A program made the position numbers and the translations under genes. Positions 9,451 to 20,112 of a stretch of 24,195 nt of DNA are shown here, piece by piece. The notes beneath the pieces are model-generated. The model was not told the DNA's origin, searched no databases, and worked only from the letters and a program-made list of their open reading frames with translations. Source of the DNA: Vicugna vicugna (taxonomy: Eukaryota); assembly GCA_013265495.1 (NCBI GenBank), contig MU058669.1:1224234-1248428 (forward strand), in the 5' to 3' direction. How positions within the stretch are numbered: the first letter of the stretch is position 1; the number at the start of each line of letters is the position of its first letter.

Positions 9451-10251
9451 TTTTTTCTTCTTTCAGTTTTGTTGAGATATATTTGAATTACAGCACTGTG
9501 TAAGCATCAAGTGTACATAAAGCATAATGATTTTACTTACATACATCATGAAATGACTGTCACAATAAATTTAGTGAACATCTATTATCTCATATAGATA
9601 CAAAATTAAAGAAACAGAAAAATATATTTTTCCTTGTGATGAGAACTCTTAGGATTTACTCTCCTAACAGCTTTCATGTATAACATACAGCAGTGTTAAT
9701 TATATTTATCATGTTGTACATTATGTCCTAATAATTATATATCTTATAATGGGAGGTTTGACATATTGACTGCTTTTGTCCAAGTCCTTTTCCCACCTCC
9801 CTTCACTCCCCACTTCCGGTAACCACAAAATACGATCTCTTTTTCTATGAGTTTGTTTGTTCTTGAATTACAACACTGTGTTATTTCCTGTTACACAATA
9901 TAGTGATGCTATATTTCTGTAGGTTTCAAGATGATCATCACAATGAATCTAGTTATGATCTGCCATCATAGAAAGGTTTTACGTAGTTAATGACTATATT
10001 CCCCACAATGTACGTTTCATACCTGTAACTCATTTATTTTGTAGGTGGAAGTTTGTACCTCTTCATCTCCTTCACCTATTTCTTTCCTGCTTCCACTCGC
10101 CTCCCCTCTGACAGCTACCTGTTTGTTCTCTGTATCTACAAATCTGTTTCTGTTTTGTTATGTTTGTTCATTTGTTTTTTAGACTCCACATAAAAGTGAA
10201 ATCATATAGCGTTAGTCTTTCTCTGATTTATTTCACTTAGTATGATACCCT
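9451..10251 (-). mobile_element. Older artiodactyl-type L1 3' end (L1_Art-like), 5'-truncated
   Basis: PolyT at the left. ttccttgtgatgagaactcttaggatttactctc and tttagactccacataaaagtgaaatcatatag...ttatttcacttag (ORF2 end). Flanking duplication TAAAGCTTTT at 9441-9450 and 10264-10273. Confidence 0.9.
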
Positions 10252-10364
10252 TAATTCAAGACCTAAAGCTTTTCCTATCTTAACTTTGATTACTGTGTAG
10301 AATGATTACGAGATATATTATGGTCAATTTCAGAAAAAAAAAAGGCTGCTGCCTCTGTGTGTGT

Positions 10365-10800
10365 GTATTACTTTTTGGGCATAGCGGTACATGCATAAGG
10401 CAAAATATCAAATAGTATGCAAGAGTTTATCATGAAAAGTTACAGTCTCCTGCTTGCCTTTTTCTACTCTTTATCACCGTCCTCAGAGAAAAACTCTCAA
10501 CTATTTCTACTTTTCTTTTTTCTCAAGGTACCCCATATATCTAAACAGTATCCCTGCACACCATTTCTTGATTCATCAACTTTAGACAATATCTTTTTAC
10601 TCCATTAAGTAAGAACTGAAGATTTATTTGTTCTATTATTTTTCCCTCTTATCCTTCCCCAGTGTTTGATGATTTTATTAATATTTTTTATCTCTTCTTC
10701 TGCTCATGTTTATAGCTTAAACAGTAAGATTATACTTTTTTATTCTATCAGTTTTAGAAATTGTCTGGATTTTCCTCCTGAACTTAAAGATAAGTGTTCC
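10365..10800 (-). mobile_element. Ancient L1ME/HAL1-like 3' fragment
   Basis: gtacatgcataaggcaaaatatcaaatagtatgcaagagtttatcatgaaaagt followed by T-rich sequence is typical of reverse-complement L1ME-class 3' ends. Confidence 0.5.
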
Positions 10801-10853
10801 CCACGCCTTTCCTCCCTAATTTCTGAACGCTGTCTCTGTATGTGTTTGGAAGA

Positions 10854-11294
10854 CGTCTTAGGAAGTGGTTTCTCAAGGTACAGCCTGCACTGGGGTTCTT
10901 GAGCATGTGATTTATGAAGGGTGTGCTTCTAGTGGGAACCCATAAAGGAGTGAGGGAAGCAGGGCAGGGGAAGGGGGAGAAGCCAGGAAGGATGTGGTTT
11001 TCATTTGGGGCCTGGCTTTGACTTGCTCTTATGGGGAGCTCTGGAGTGTGAACTGTCCCACAGGATGAGGCCACCCTTTGGACATCCCTTATGTGGCTGC
11101 CACTGCCTGCAGGCACCCTGCAGGAGGAGGGGGGTGCATGACCTCCTGCAAGAGGGGCAGACTCTGCCCACTAAGGACCGTGCTCCAGAGAAGGGGGCAG
11201 CTGTGAGCTAGTATCAGCCCGCAGTGTCAGCAGCTAGAGGAAGGATGCACAGGCCAGGGACGGGGATCTGGGTGGGAACCAATAATCTCCAACG
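10854..11294 (-). mobile_element. ERVL solo LTR (LTR33-like)
   Basis: tgtgatttatgaagggtgtgct...ggagtgagggaagcagggcagggg...ggggagctctggag...ctccagagaagggggcagctgtgagct...ggggatctgggtggg is colinear with the recalled reverse-complement LTR33/LTR16 group consensus. Confidence 0.8.
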
Positions 11295-11424
11295 TGTAGT
11301 TGAGGGAGAGGAGGGTGTGGTGAAGGCAGTGGCCTCAGCTGCCCCATCCACTTTTCCGTTTACTTCAGATTCACTGTTTACAAAGTACTTTCTCTTGTGT
11401 TTTTCATTTGGTCTTCACTCAGAC

Positions 11425-11472
11425 ATACACACACACCCCGCATCACCACCAGCACCAGCACCGGCAGCACCA
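11425..11472 (+). repeat. Low-complexity (CA)n / (CACCAG)n-like tract
   Basis: acacacacac...caccaccagcaccagcaccggcagcacc is directly visible and explains the PAPAPA/TSTST content of the overlapping ORFs. Confidence 0.8.
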
Positions 11473-11494
11473 ATACAAATGCCGGTAACATCAA

Positions 11495-11635
11495 CAAGGC
11501 AGTAGGAGGTAGTGTTGGTGTTACTCCCTCTGTTGTAAAAATTAAAGGCATGATCCCAAAGTGGTCTTGTGGCTTGTCCTATATACACAGTAACTGGAAA
11601 AAGTCAGACCTAATTCCAGTCTCAGAATCTGTTTT
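11495..11635 (-). mobile_element. Degraded MIR
   Basis: ggaggtagtgttggtgttactccc...gtggcttgtcctatatacacagtaa resembles the reverse-complement MIR core. Confidence 0.45.
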
Positions 11636-11799
11636 CTGAACATCCGTGGTTTCTTTCTTCATAGTTCTTTGCATTAAATCCTTTTGCCATACGTTTATGT
11701 TCTGCCATATTTAGACTGACTTTGCAGATTTTTTTTTTTCTTTCTCTAAACAGCCTTTCAGTCTTCCTGGTGGCTTTGTTCATTTCCATCACATTACTG

Positions 11800-12312
11800 T
11801 TCTCTCAGCCAGGACAATTTGGAGCCACAGAAGAAATGTAGAGATTCCTGGATAGAGATGTTTACTACTTCACATATAAAGTCCAGAACCATATCAGTCC
11901 TGTCATGTCATCCATGTCTTAGGACCAGGCTTTTTCCTCCTCTCTCTGCCTCCTCTCGGTGGCGGCTTTCCCTTTTAAGTCAGTCATGGCAAGATGGCCA
12001 GGAGGCTGCTACAGCTCCAGGCTTCAGGTTCTCAGCATGGGTCTCATATGCAGAAAAGGAAGGTTTCTCTTCAGTCATCCTCTTTCTTTCAGAGGAGTGA
12101 GGGGACGTTTCTCAGAGCCCCCAGATCTCCTCAGGTCCCAGTGACCAGGATGTAAACTTTGCTTCCAGGAAATGAAGCTGGGAATTAAGGACCTGGCATT
12201 TTGAACTCGGTGTGTATGTGTGAATGTGTGTGTGCGTGTAGGGAGTCTCTGTCAGCACATAGGAAGGAGTGGGAAGGATTTTTGGACGGGCAGCTACCAG
12301 CTTTTCTCTCCA
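11800..12312 (-). mobile_element. Old MaLR LTR (MLT1J/L-like)
   Basis: catggcaagatggccaggaggctgctacagctccaggc and the terminal ggattttggacgggcagctaccagc region are typical of reverse-complement old MLT1 LTRs. Confidence 0.6.
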
Positions 12313-12330
12313 GCATCTCTTCCTACCATT

Positions 12331-12390
12331 AATACACAGATACACATATGCACACACAGAGATAGGTAAGTAAGTAGGTAGGTAGATACA
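12331..12390 (+). repeat. Compound (CA)n / (TAGG)n degenerate microsatellite
   Basis: Directly visible. A degenerate (TG)n tract also lies at about 12210-12240. Confidence 0.75.
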
Positions 12391-12899
12391 TGATTCATAA
12401 GCTTACCTCCTTTTTGTGTATAGCTGGTTAGTTCCCTGTTGATGAAGTACCAACTAATAAGTTTTTGTTTCTTTGTTTTTATCTTGAGGTTCTGCTAGCA
12501 GAGCACAAAGTGATGTGATAGTAGTTTTGTAATTCTACTCAATGAGGCAGGGCACACAGTGCTAGTCTGAGATCTGTCTTGCCCTCGCACACTGTCTGTG
12601 GTCTTTGGATTGAGTTTCCTGAGGCAGACCTTGGGAAACACACCATCAACTGCTTTCCTTGCCTGTGGCCTAGATTGTTTCCCCTGGAGAGCTGTCAGAG
12701 AGGATGTGTGAGCATCAGGAGGGAAGGAGGAAATGGAAGTAAATGTTTAATTCTGGGAGGGAATTTTGAAACAACTGGGCAAAAACAAAGTTCCCTGAGA
12801 GAAGAGGCAAGTGTTCAGTGTGCACTCCTCACAACTTACTTGGAATGTTAGAAGAAACATTCCGGTCAAAAATGGACTTCCGGAAATCTGTGGGGTGAT

Positions 12900-13390
12900 G
12901 ACCTAGCTGCAAGTCTAAGAAAACCCGACTAGCAGTTGACTATGCTAAGAGCACTGATTGGCTCAGATGAATCAGAACAGCTGAACATGTGGGGGATAAC
13001 CTGACCTCAGGTTCTGCCGGAGTTACAGTCACCGTCGCCATCAGGACCTGGTAGTCTGCCCTCTTCCCTCTAGTAACAACTTTAGCAGATCTGTGTGGTG
13101 GCAGGGTGGCGCAACAGCTCTGGGTTCACATCCTTTTACCATCAGATAGAGTGAGAAGAAGGTGTTTTTAGTAGCTTCTTCAAAGGGCCTGAGAGTCCCT
13201 CTGTTTAGCCAGTTTAAATTAGCCTGAGGAAGGGGATATTTTTCAGCTTAGACTTGAGTCACTTTCAAGTTAGCGATCGTGATCATGTTCCACCCCAACC
13301 ACGTAGACCAGAAGGGAGACTGAGTTGCCAGAAGAAATACCAAGTAGGAAGAATGAATAATGGGCTTTAAAACAATATCTGTCCACTCCA
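12900..13390 (-). mobile_element. Old MaLR LTR (MLT1K-like)
   Basis: gctgcaagtctaagaaaacccgact...ggtggcagggtggcgcaacagctctgggttcacatcc...aaaacaatatctgtccactcca matches the layout of reverse-complement MLT1K/L. Confidence 0.6.
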
Positions 13391-14286
13391 ATGTTCTAAA
13401 GGAAAGAGTGACCTCTAAAGTCTAGAGAGCTCAAGATCAGCTGGGTTAGACTCCTTTGAAAGGAAATTTCACCAGCAAAAGAAAAATTCTCATATGCTGG
13501 TTTAGATACATCTCTGAAAGTACTGATACTGGGAATCGCACGAGCCAAATAGTTTTGTCCCCATGAGCTTTATAGCATGATGAATAAAAGACTTCAGTAC
13601 AGTTTCATACTGCAGCCTACATGACTTGAGAAAGTGAATCTCAGCTCTCCTAAACCCATCTCCCTGCCAGACAAGTGGTAAATAAAACATAAACCACTTC
13701 TGTATGTGCTTCACATTTTGGTATAGATGAAAGGCAATTTACTCTCGGCTGAAAACGAAATTCCTGGCAAAAAGCAATGCCTATTAACAAATGGAACAGT
13801 CCCCTGGTGACAAGATGGAGGCATGCAGCTGGGTAGATTTGTCATTTTGACTCTGGGGCAGGCTCGAGGTGTTTTAATCATGCTGAAGTAGCTTTACAGG
13901 TAGACACAGCATCCTAGTCGGTACAGGAGAGGATGTCAGCATTGCTCCTTTGAACAGGTTATTTTCTACATGTGAATAATTTGATAAGAGAACATAATAT
14001 TCTATATTTACTTAATTCCTAGGTATCTAAAAAAAGTACAAATCGCAAACCTTTTTCAAATTTATCTTTCCATTCATTTGCCTGCAAGTTACTCCTCTGA
14101 ATGCACTATTCTCACCCAGCTGTCCCTCTACTCAGACACCTTAAGAAACTCTCATTGTCCACAAGCCACCAAATCTCTGACTCGGTATTCAGGCATGGAA
14201 GGTCTTCTGAAGGAGAGATGTCAAATACTGTTCTAGACTTAATTTCGGCCATGTTTGTATGAATGAGGAGAGGCTAGTTTATGTGG

Positions 14287-14831
14287 TGTGCCTTTGTTTC
14301 CTACTGCTGTGTGACCAAGTACCACAGACTTCACAGCTGAAGGCAGCGTTCACTTATCTCCCAGGTTCTGTGGGTCAGGAATCCGGGCACAGCTGACTTG
14401 GGTCCTGAGCACAAGTGCTCAGGGTCTCACAAGCTACAGTGTAGGTACAGGCTAGACTTACCCTTTCTGGAGCTTGGTGGTGTTTCCTGAGATTACATGT
14501 CTGTTGGCAGAATTAAATTGCTTGCAGTTGCAGGTGGGTGCAGGAGCGCCTGTCTTTCCTGTGGTCACCAGCTAGAGGTCACTCTCAGCTCCTAAAGGCC
14601 CCGCTGTTCCTTGACACCTGGTCTTCTCAGACCAAGGAGGTTTACTTCTTCACAGGCAGGGGGAGAATCTGTTAAGATGGGGTCCGGTGTTCCACAGAGG
14701 TATTTTTCCTTTACCTTTGCCGTCTTCAGTTTGTTAAAGGCGAGACCCTGCTCAAAGGAGGGGATTACACAAAGGTGTGGAGTCCGGGGGATGGAAATCA
14801 TGGAGGCTGCCTTAGAATTCTGCCTACCACA
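14287..14831 (-). mobile_element. MLT1E/MLT1D-like MaLR solo LTR
   Basis: ggttctgtgggtcaggaatccgggcacagct...tgttggcagaatt...gcttgcagttg...ggaggggattacacaaaggtgtg...ttagaattctgcctaccaca (characteristic terminus at 14831). Confidence 0.85.
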
Positions 14832-15134
14832 CTGTGATAACAAACAACCCCTCAATATCAGTGCCTGAAAACGACAATGGCTTATGTCTATCAAGAGGTT
14901 GGCTAAGGGCCTTAGCTCTGCGTCACTGGCAGGGAACCAGTCTGAGGAGTCACTTCAGTCAGCTCCACACTTGACTACTGCCAGTACAGGAAACATGACA
15001 TGTAGCAAATCCTGTTTCCCTCAAATCTCTGTGGTCGAAGCAAGTGACATCCCCACCTCTAGCTTTAAGGGGTCGGGAAAGGTACCCAGACATAGAACTG
15101 AAACTGTTGGGTGAGGAGCGCAAATGAGGACCAA
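14832..15134 (-). mobile_element. MLT1I/J-like LTR, split by the MLT1E insertion (other piece at 14256-14286)
   Basis: tgtatgaatgaggagaggctagtttatg joined to ctgtgataacaaacaacccctcaatatcagtg reconstitutes the recalled tgtatcagtcaggataggctaggttatgctgcggtaacaaacaacccc terminus. Confidence 0.65.
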
Positions 15135-15194
15135 CTGCTCCTCCAACCAAGTGTCTTCTTGCTGTGTCTGGCTAGAGCTGTTTCTCTTTTCAGG

Positions 15195-15572
15195 TGATTG
15201 GTTCATTCTGTTTTCTCTACTTGAATGACCTTTCTGCCACATCCCTGTTTCCAAATCCCTCCTGTCCTTCAAAGTCCAGCTCAAAAGCTACTTGGTCAGT
15301 TAAGTATTTTCTGATCTTTCCCATCAAAATTAAATTTACCTTCGTGGATCTCCCATAATGCCCCTCTGTGTTTTCTCCATCCACCTTATGTGGCATTTAT
15401 AATTTCCTAATTTTATCCCAGTTAAATATTTTAGATACCATTGCGCCAGTCTAGGATTGTGAACGTCTTGTGGACAGGAAACAAGTGTGAGTCACGATTA
15501 TTTACTTTAAAGGTTCCATGCATAATACAGGGTTATACTCAATGTAGTGGTGATGTCTGTGGGTTGAGTGAA
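15195..15572 (+). mobile_element. L2 3' region
   Basis: aaatccctcctgtccttcaaagtccagctcaaaagctac...ctaggattgtgaacgtcttgtggacagga are L2 3' motifs. Confidence 0.7.
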
Positions 15573-15828
15573 ATTGCTCTTGCTCCCCATAAATGTCTAT
15601 TTACAGAAATAGCTTTTGGCCAACTTTTGCATTATTTAGGGAAAGGCTTTGCCTAATTTCCTTATTCTATCATAAACCCTAATTTTTTTCCAGTTTAACT
15701 CTTTTTCTGAATCACTAAATCCCTCCTGAAGTGTTTTTTTTAATCCCTTCTCATTTTCTCTTGCTTATCCATAATGAAGATCATAGATCACATAACACAG
15801 TTGGAAGAACCTTAGAGATTCTCTAGGT

Positions 15829-16046
15829 CAGTGATTTGAAAGTTTTTGTTTATTTTAAGAAGCTGACTCCTTAACTCAAACAAAACTTTAAGCAGAGCAC
15901 AAAACTATAAACCAGCACCAACAACAAAGAAAGCCAATTATCTGATTGAAGTGAAAATGGCAGGCTCAGAATTGTGGTCGCTGAATGTCACTGGACTAGT
16001 CTCCAGTCCCTAGCGGACTTTGGGACACATTTATGAAATGCTAGAC
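15829..16046. mobile_element. hAT-Charlie MITE remnant (MER103-like) nested in a MIR/MIR3 (15781-15828 and 16050-16165, minus)
   Basis: cagtgatttgaaagttttt start after ctagg. Flanks ttggaagaaccttagagattctctag and ttacagatgggaaaactaaaagctagagag...aagtgccttgtccagag are MIR3/MIR-like. Confidence 0.5.
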
Positions 16047-16488
16047 ACTTAGTTTTAAACCCCTTGATGCTGACTCAGCTTTCTCACGTTACAGATGGGA
16101 AAACTAAAAGCTAGAGAGTCTTAAGTGCCTTGTCCAGAGCCATGCAGGCATAGGGCTGGAGAATCTATTTTTGTAAGCGTTTGTGGAGCAGCTGTCATGA
16201 GTCTGGCTGATAACAAAGACACATCAAGCGTCTTTATATAGACAGCAGTAGAAGCCACATTTCCTAACTCTTGGCCACATGACTTAGACGGTTCCAATGG
16301 TCAAGACTTTCATTTCATTCGAGTTTGTTTTCTGCGACTTAGCAAAGTCAAGGTCAAAGAATAAATGTTTCATTTTTAAGTCAGTTTCTGCAGCAGATTT
16401 GAGACTTGAGTTCATGCTGTGTTGAAAGCCAAATGAGATCCTAGCTCACAGTCAGAGCCTCCTGTGAAGGTGTGTGGCAGCGCCATTT

Positions 16489-16600
16489 ACTCACCTTGAG
16501 TTCCTGCAACTCTCCACTCTCGTCAAACACAGGGGAAATGTCAGGCTCTTAAGAGGAGCACACTCTTGCTGGGAATTCATTTATATTTTATGCAGATTGG
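16489..16600 (-). promoter_or_regulatory. Candidate TATA promoter / short exon ending at a consensus donor
   Basis: Minus strand has TATAAAT (16585-16579), an octamer variant (ATGCAGAT, plus 16590-16597), CCAAT (16600-16596) and donor CAAG|GTGAGT (16495/16494), all in unique sequence. Confidence 0.3.
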
Positions 16601-17107
16601 CATCCATGTGCATGAAAAAGATCAGAAGGAGTAAGTTGATCTTATCCATCCAGCTGCTCCTGCACAGGGCGGTCCTGTGGCTACTTAGCTATAATTAGAC
16701 GTTGACTTTCCTCACGCATGTGGATGATGTCAATCTTTTGGCATCCACTCAGCACCTATTGTTGCCCACAACAATACATCATCTCCATATCATCATGGAA
16801 TTTATATACTGCTAGGAGGTTTAAAAAAATTTCACAGACAAAACAAATAGAAAATATGTTAAAATATGTTGAAGTTCTAAATTATTGTAGTATGATCTCT
16901 AACTGCTCCTGGGGTTTGAAAATAACACTAACCAGCATATATTAGAATAATGGGTGAAAGTCTTCCATGGGGAGGAAATACCAACGAGGGTCTTGAAACA
17001 TAAGTCAAATCTGAATTGAATACGTGGTTGGAGACTAAGGGAGATGTCACTTCAGGCTGTAGGTATGCCATGGGCAAAAACCTGAAAGATGGACTAAACA
17101 TATTTTC

Positions 17108-17320
17108 AAAGTAGCTACAATAAATTGAGAATCTAAAATGTGTTAGGCTTTGTCTTTCTCATTTGACTGTGATAATCCTCTGAACAGCCTCACAAGGAAG
17201 AACTGATCCTGTCCTCGTTTTACAGATGGAGAACAAGACATGGTTAAGTACATTGTTTAAAACCACACAGTTTGTGAATTATGGAGCTAGGATAATCTAG
17301 GCATGTATGATGCCAAAAGG
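17108..17320 (-). mobile_element. MIR SINE
   Basis: ctcgttttacagatggagaacaagacatggttaagtacattgtttaaaaccacacagtttgtgaattatggagctagga is the reverse-complement MIR core. Confidence 0.75.
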
Positions 17321-17464
17321 AACATTTTTAAACAAAACTGCCCGCTGTCTGTTGTTTGACACATTTAGGAAACAGCGAGGAGAAGAATGTGATGGGCCAG
17401 GGGTAGGGTACCTCGGGGAAAGAGTGGTAGGAAATTGCATAGGTAAGGCGGCGTTAGCACAGGT

Positions 17465-17680
17465 TGATGGTCTTCAGAAGGGGGTGATCAAGCCCCCAGA
17501 AGACATTTGGCAATATCTGGAGAGATTTTTGGTTGTCAAAACTTGGGAAGAGGGAGTTGCCTTTGGCTTCTGGTGGGTAGAGGCCAGGGATGCTGCTAAT
17601 CCTTACACAATGCATAGGACAACCCCCCCACAACAAAGTATTATCCGGTGCCAAATGTCAGTCATGCTGAGAAAATTTGG
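17465..17680 (+). mobile_element. MER20 hAT-Charlie DNA transposon
   Basis: gacatttggcaatatctggagagatttttggttgtcaaaact...gtgggtagaggccagggatgctgctaa...caatgcataggacaa...cacaacaaag.attatccgg matches the MER20 consensus. Confidence 0.95.
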
Positions 17681-17878
17681 TATAGATAGACTGAAAAGAT
17701 TGGACTTATCTCTTTAGGCAGTAGGTCCTTGACTGTAGAAGTAAAGAGACCAGTGTGGCTTTCTAGGTTTGACATCTCACATCAACAATCGCCCATCACC
17801 GAGTTCTCCAAGACAGACTCACTGTTCCCCTCAAATGATCTGTTTTCAATGTTTTCTTTTTTAAAAGATATATATATA

Positions 17879-18355
17879 TTTTTTTTACTGAAGTATAGTC
17901 ACTTTACAATGCTGTATCAATTTCTGGTGTACAGCACAATACTTCAGTCATATAGTAACGTACATATATTCATTTGCATATTCTTTTTAACTGTAAGTTA
18001 CTACAAGATAGTTGAATATATTTCCCTGTGCTATACAGTATAAACATCTTATATATAGTAGTTAGTATCTGCAAATCTCGAATTCCAATTTATCCCTTCC
18101 CACCCTCTTCCTCCCTGGTAACAATAAATTTGTTTTCCATGTCTGTGAGTCTATCTCTGTTATGTAAATATGTTCATTTGTATCTTTTTTTTTAATTCCA
18201 CATATAAGTGATATCATATGGTATATTTCTTTCTGGCTTACTTCACTTAGAATGACATTCTCCGGGTCCATCCATGTTGCTGCAAATGGCATTATTTTAT
18301 TCTTTGTTATGGCTGAGTAGTATTCCATTGTATAAATATACCACAAGTTCTTTAT
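17879..18355 (-). mobile_element. 5'-truncated L1 3' end (intermediate age)
   Basis: ORF 18062..18421(-) contains IKNLWYIYTMEYYSAITKNKIMPFAATWMDPENVILSEVSQKE.YHMISLICGI, the ORF2p C-terminus. The 3' UTR is related to, but distinct from, the 3947 and 23532 copies. Confidence 0.92.
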
Positions 18356-18359
18356 ATAT

Positions 18360-19020
18360 CTCTCTTTCTCATTTTTATATTCATCTCCAGATCCACCTGC
18401 AGCACTCCCTGGAGCTACCATCTTCTCCCTGGAGTGGGCACTAACCTCGTGTTAGGCTCCCTCCTCCCTCCTTGAGACCCCGTTGGGAAGTTCTTATAGA
18501 GTAGTTGGAATCATTCTCACAAAAAGTAAATTTGATCGAGTTACCTTAATGCATAAAGTTCTTCCAAAGGCTCAGTCTAGAGGGCCTTGCATGATCTTTT
18601 CACCTCAAATCTTTCCTGTCCTCTTTCTTTCAGTTCACTGAAAGTTCCTCCCCCTCTCCCACCCGAACACACACAAACGTTTCTTTTCCACTAGTCCTTA
18701 TATCATTTATTGCTTTGCCTGGCAGCTTAGCCCTCACCCCATCCCATGTTCTTCATCCTTTTCATCTGGATCACGCTTCCCCATCCTCCAGATTTCAGCT
18801 TAAACATCCCTTCCTTAGAGAGAACTAGGTCATGACATACTACTCTGTATGTCCTCTTTCATAGTGCTTCTCACATGGCTGATTTTTAGGTCAACATCTG
18901 TCATCCCTGACGGACTATTAACTTCATGTAGGTAGACTCTGTTTCCGTCTGGGTCAATGTCATATCCTCAGGGCTTACTAGGGACCCAATAAATATTTGT
19001 TGAATTAACAGATAAATGAG
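18360..19020 (+). mobile_element. L2 LINE 3' region (upstream piece at about 17770-17855, interrupted by L1)
   Basis: gagctaccatcttctccctggag...catcctccagatttcagcttaaacatcccttccttagagag...caataaatatttgttgaat terminus. Confidence 0.8.
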
Positions 19021-20071
19021 CATAGTCCTGGGCACTGAATAGGGGGGAAAACAGATAGGCTTTATTCTCCGCCCTTTGCAAGCTGCTGAATTTCAAAATG
19101 TGTGTGGCGTGGGCAGGAATGGAGGTAAACACAGGTATTTCTCATCCAAGGAAAGGAACGCTAGGCAAATGTGGAATTCAAGTGGATACAGGATTTGGAT
19201 AGTTGATGGCAAAAACCTTTATAGAGACATAATAAAAGCTGTGATATCCCGAACAATCAAAGCCTTTCTTTTCCCCTCAGCATGGTCACCATGGCTGGTT
19301 AAAATAAGGACTATTTGTTGACTAGGAACATTCCAGCCATGCAAAATGCAGACAATGTCATACAATTATTTATACCTTAAGCAGTGATTTTACACTGCTT
19401 TCCCCTCACCTGGGAAGACACAGCCAAGGTACAGAACATTCTGTCTCAGAGCAGCAAGCCACTAAAATACCATTTTTAATGGTAGAACAAGTGCTTCCCA
19501 CATTTTCTCTGTGAAAATGTCAAATCTATCTCCTCTTTTTTTTTATTTTCTGCTACTAATCGCTAGCCTTCCATCTGAACGATTTTATTTCAAAACTAAA
19601 TCTGCCACTATTTAACAAAGAGAATCTGGTAACACCCTTACCTGAAATTGTCTGCCACATGACACACCAGATCTACTTTGTAATATATAGACAAAAATTT
19701 TTTTGTATATTTGTTTATTTATTTATTGGGAGGTAAAGAGGTGCTCACTCCAGTTTGATTTTCTTCTTTGCCTAATTATTTATAATGATCTTTAATTTCA
19801 CTCTTGCAGTGAAAATTCAAGTCTCATTACTGGGAACTTGATTAATTGGACTTTAGCTATGAATGACTAATTACATGTGGAAGATACCTTGTTTGAAGAA
19901 GCTTCTGTTCTATAAAAGATAATAAATAGCATAAATCTCTATTGTACTCTGTTTCTGAAGGGTGAATGTACCTTTATGAGTACAAATTTGGCATCATAGA
20001 GTTATTGTTCTTATGGAATCAGGCATAATTGCCAGTTCTGAAGGTGTTTTTTATAGGCAATTTCTGTTCGC

Positions 20072-20112
20072 TTTTCCTTCTTTCCTTCCATCCTTTCCTT
20101 CCTTCCTTCCTC
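20072..20112 (+). repeat. (TTCC)n degenerate microsatellite at the L2 tail
   Basis: Directly visible. Confidence 0.8.

Noticed and set aside
11485..11524. 12-bp hairpin gtaacatcaaca / tgttggtgttac (one G-U pair, 16-nt loop) as a pre-miRNA or structured RNA
   Set aside because: The stem is too short for a pre-miRNA, and the arms come from low-complexity and degraded MIR sequence.
12407..12491. 85-nt minus-strand exon with donor GAG|GTAAGC and one open frame (NLKIKTKKQKLISWYFINRELTSYTQKG)
   Set aside because: Weak pyrimidine tract, low-complexity A-rich content next to microsatellites, and an unrecognised peptide.
19263..19428. Plus-strand exons after strong acceptor-like tracts (19280; also 6943 and 19809)
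   Set aside because: Stops in all frames or no good downstream donor. Pyrimidine tracts ending in AG are frequent in this T-rich strand.
19642..19672. 31-nt minus-strand exon with donor CAG|GTAAGG
   Set aside because: The acceptor context (tatattacaaagtag) is poor and contains an upstream AG. A lone donor match is expected by chance.
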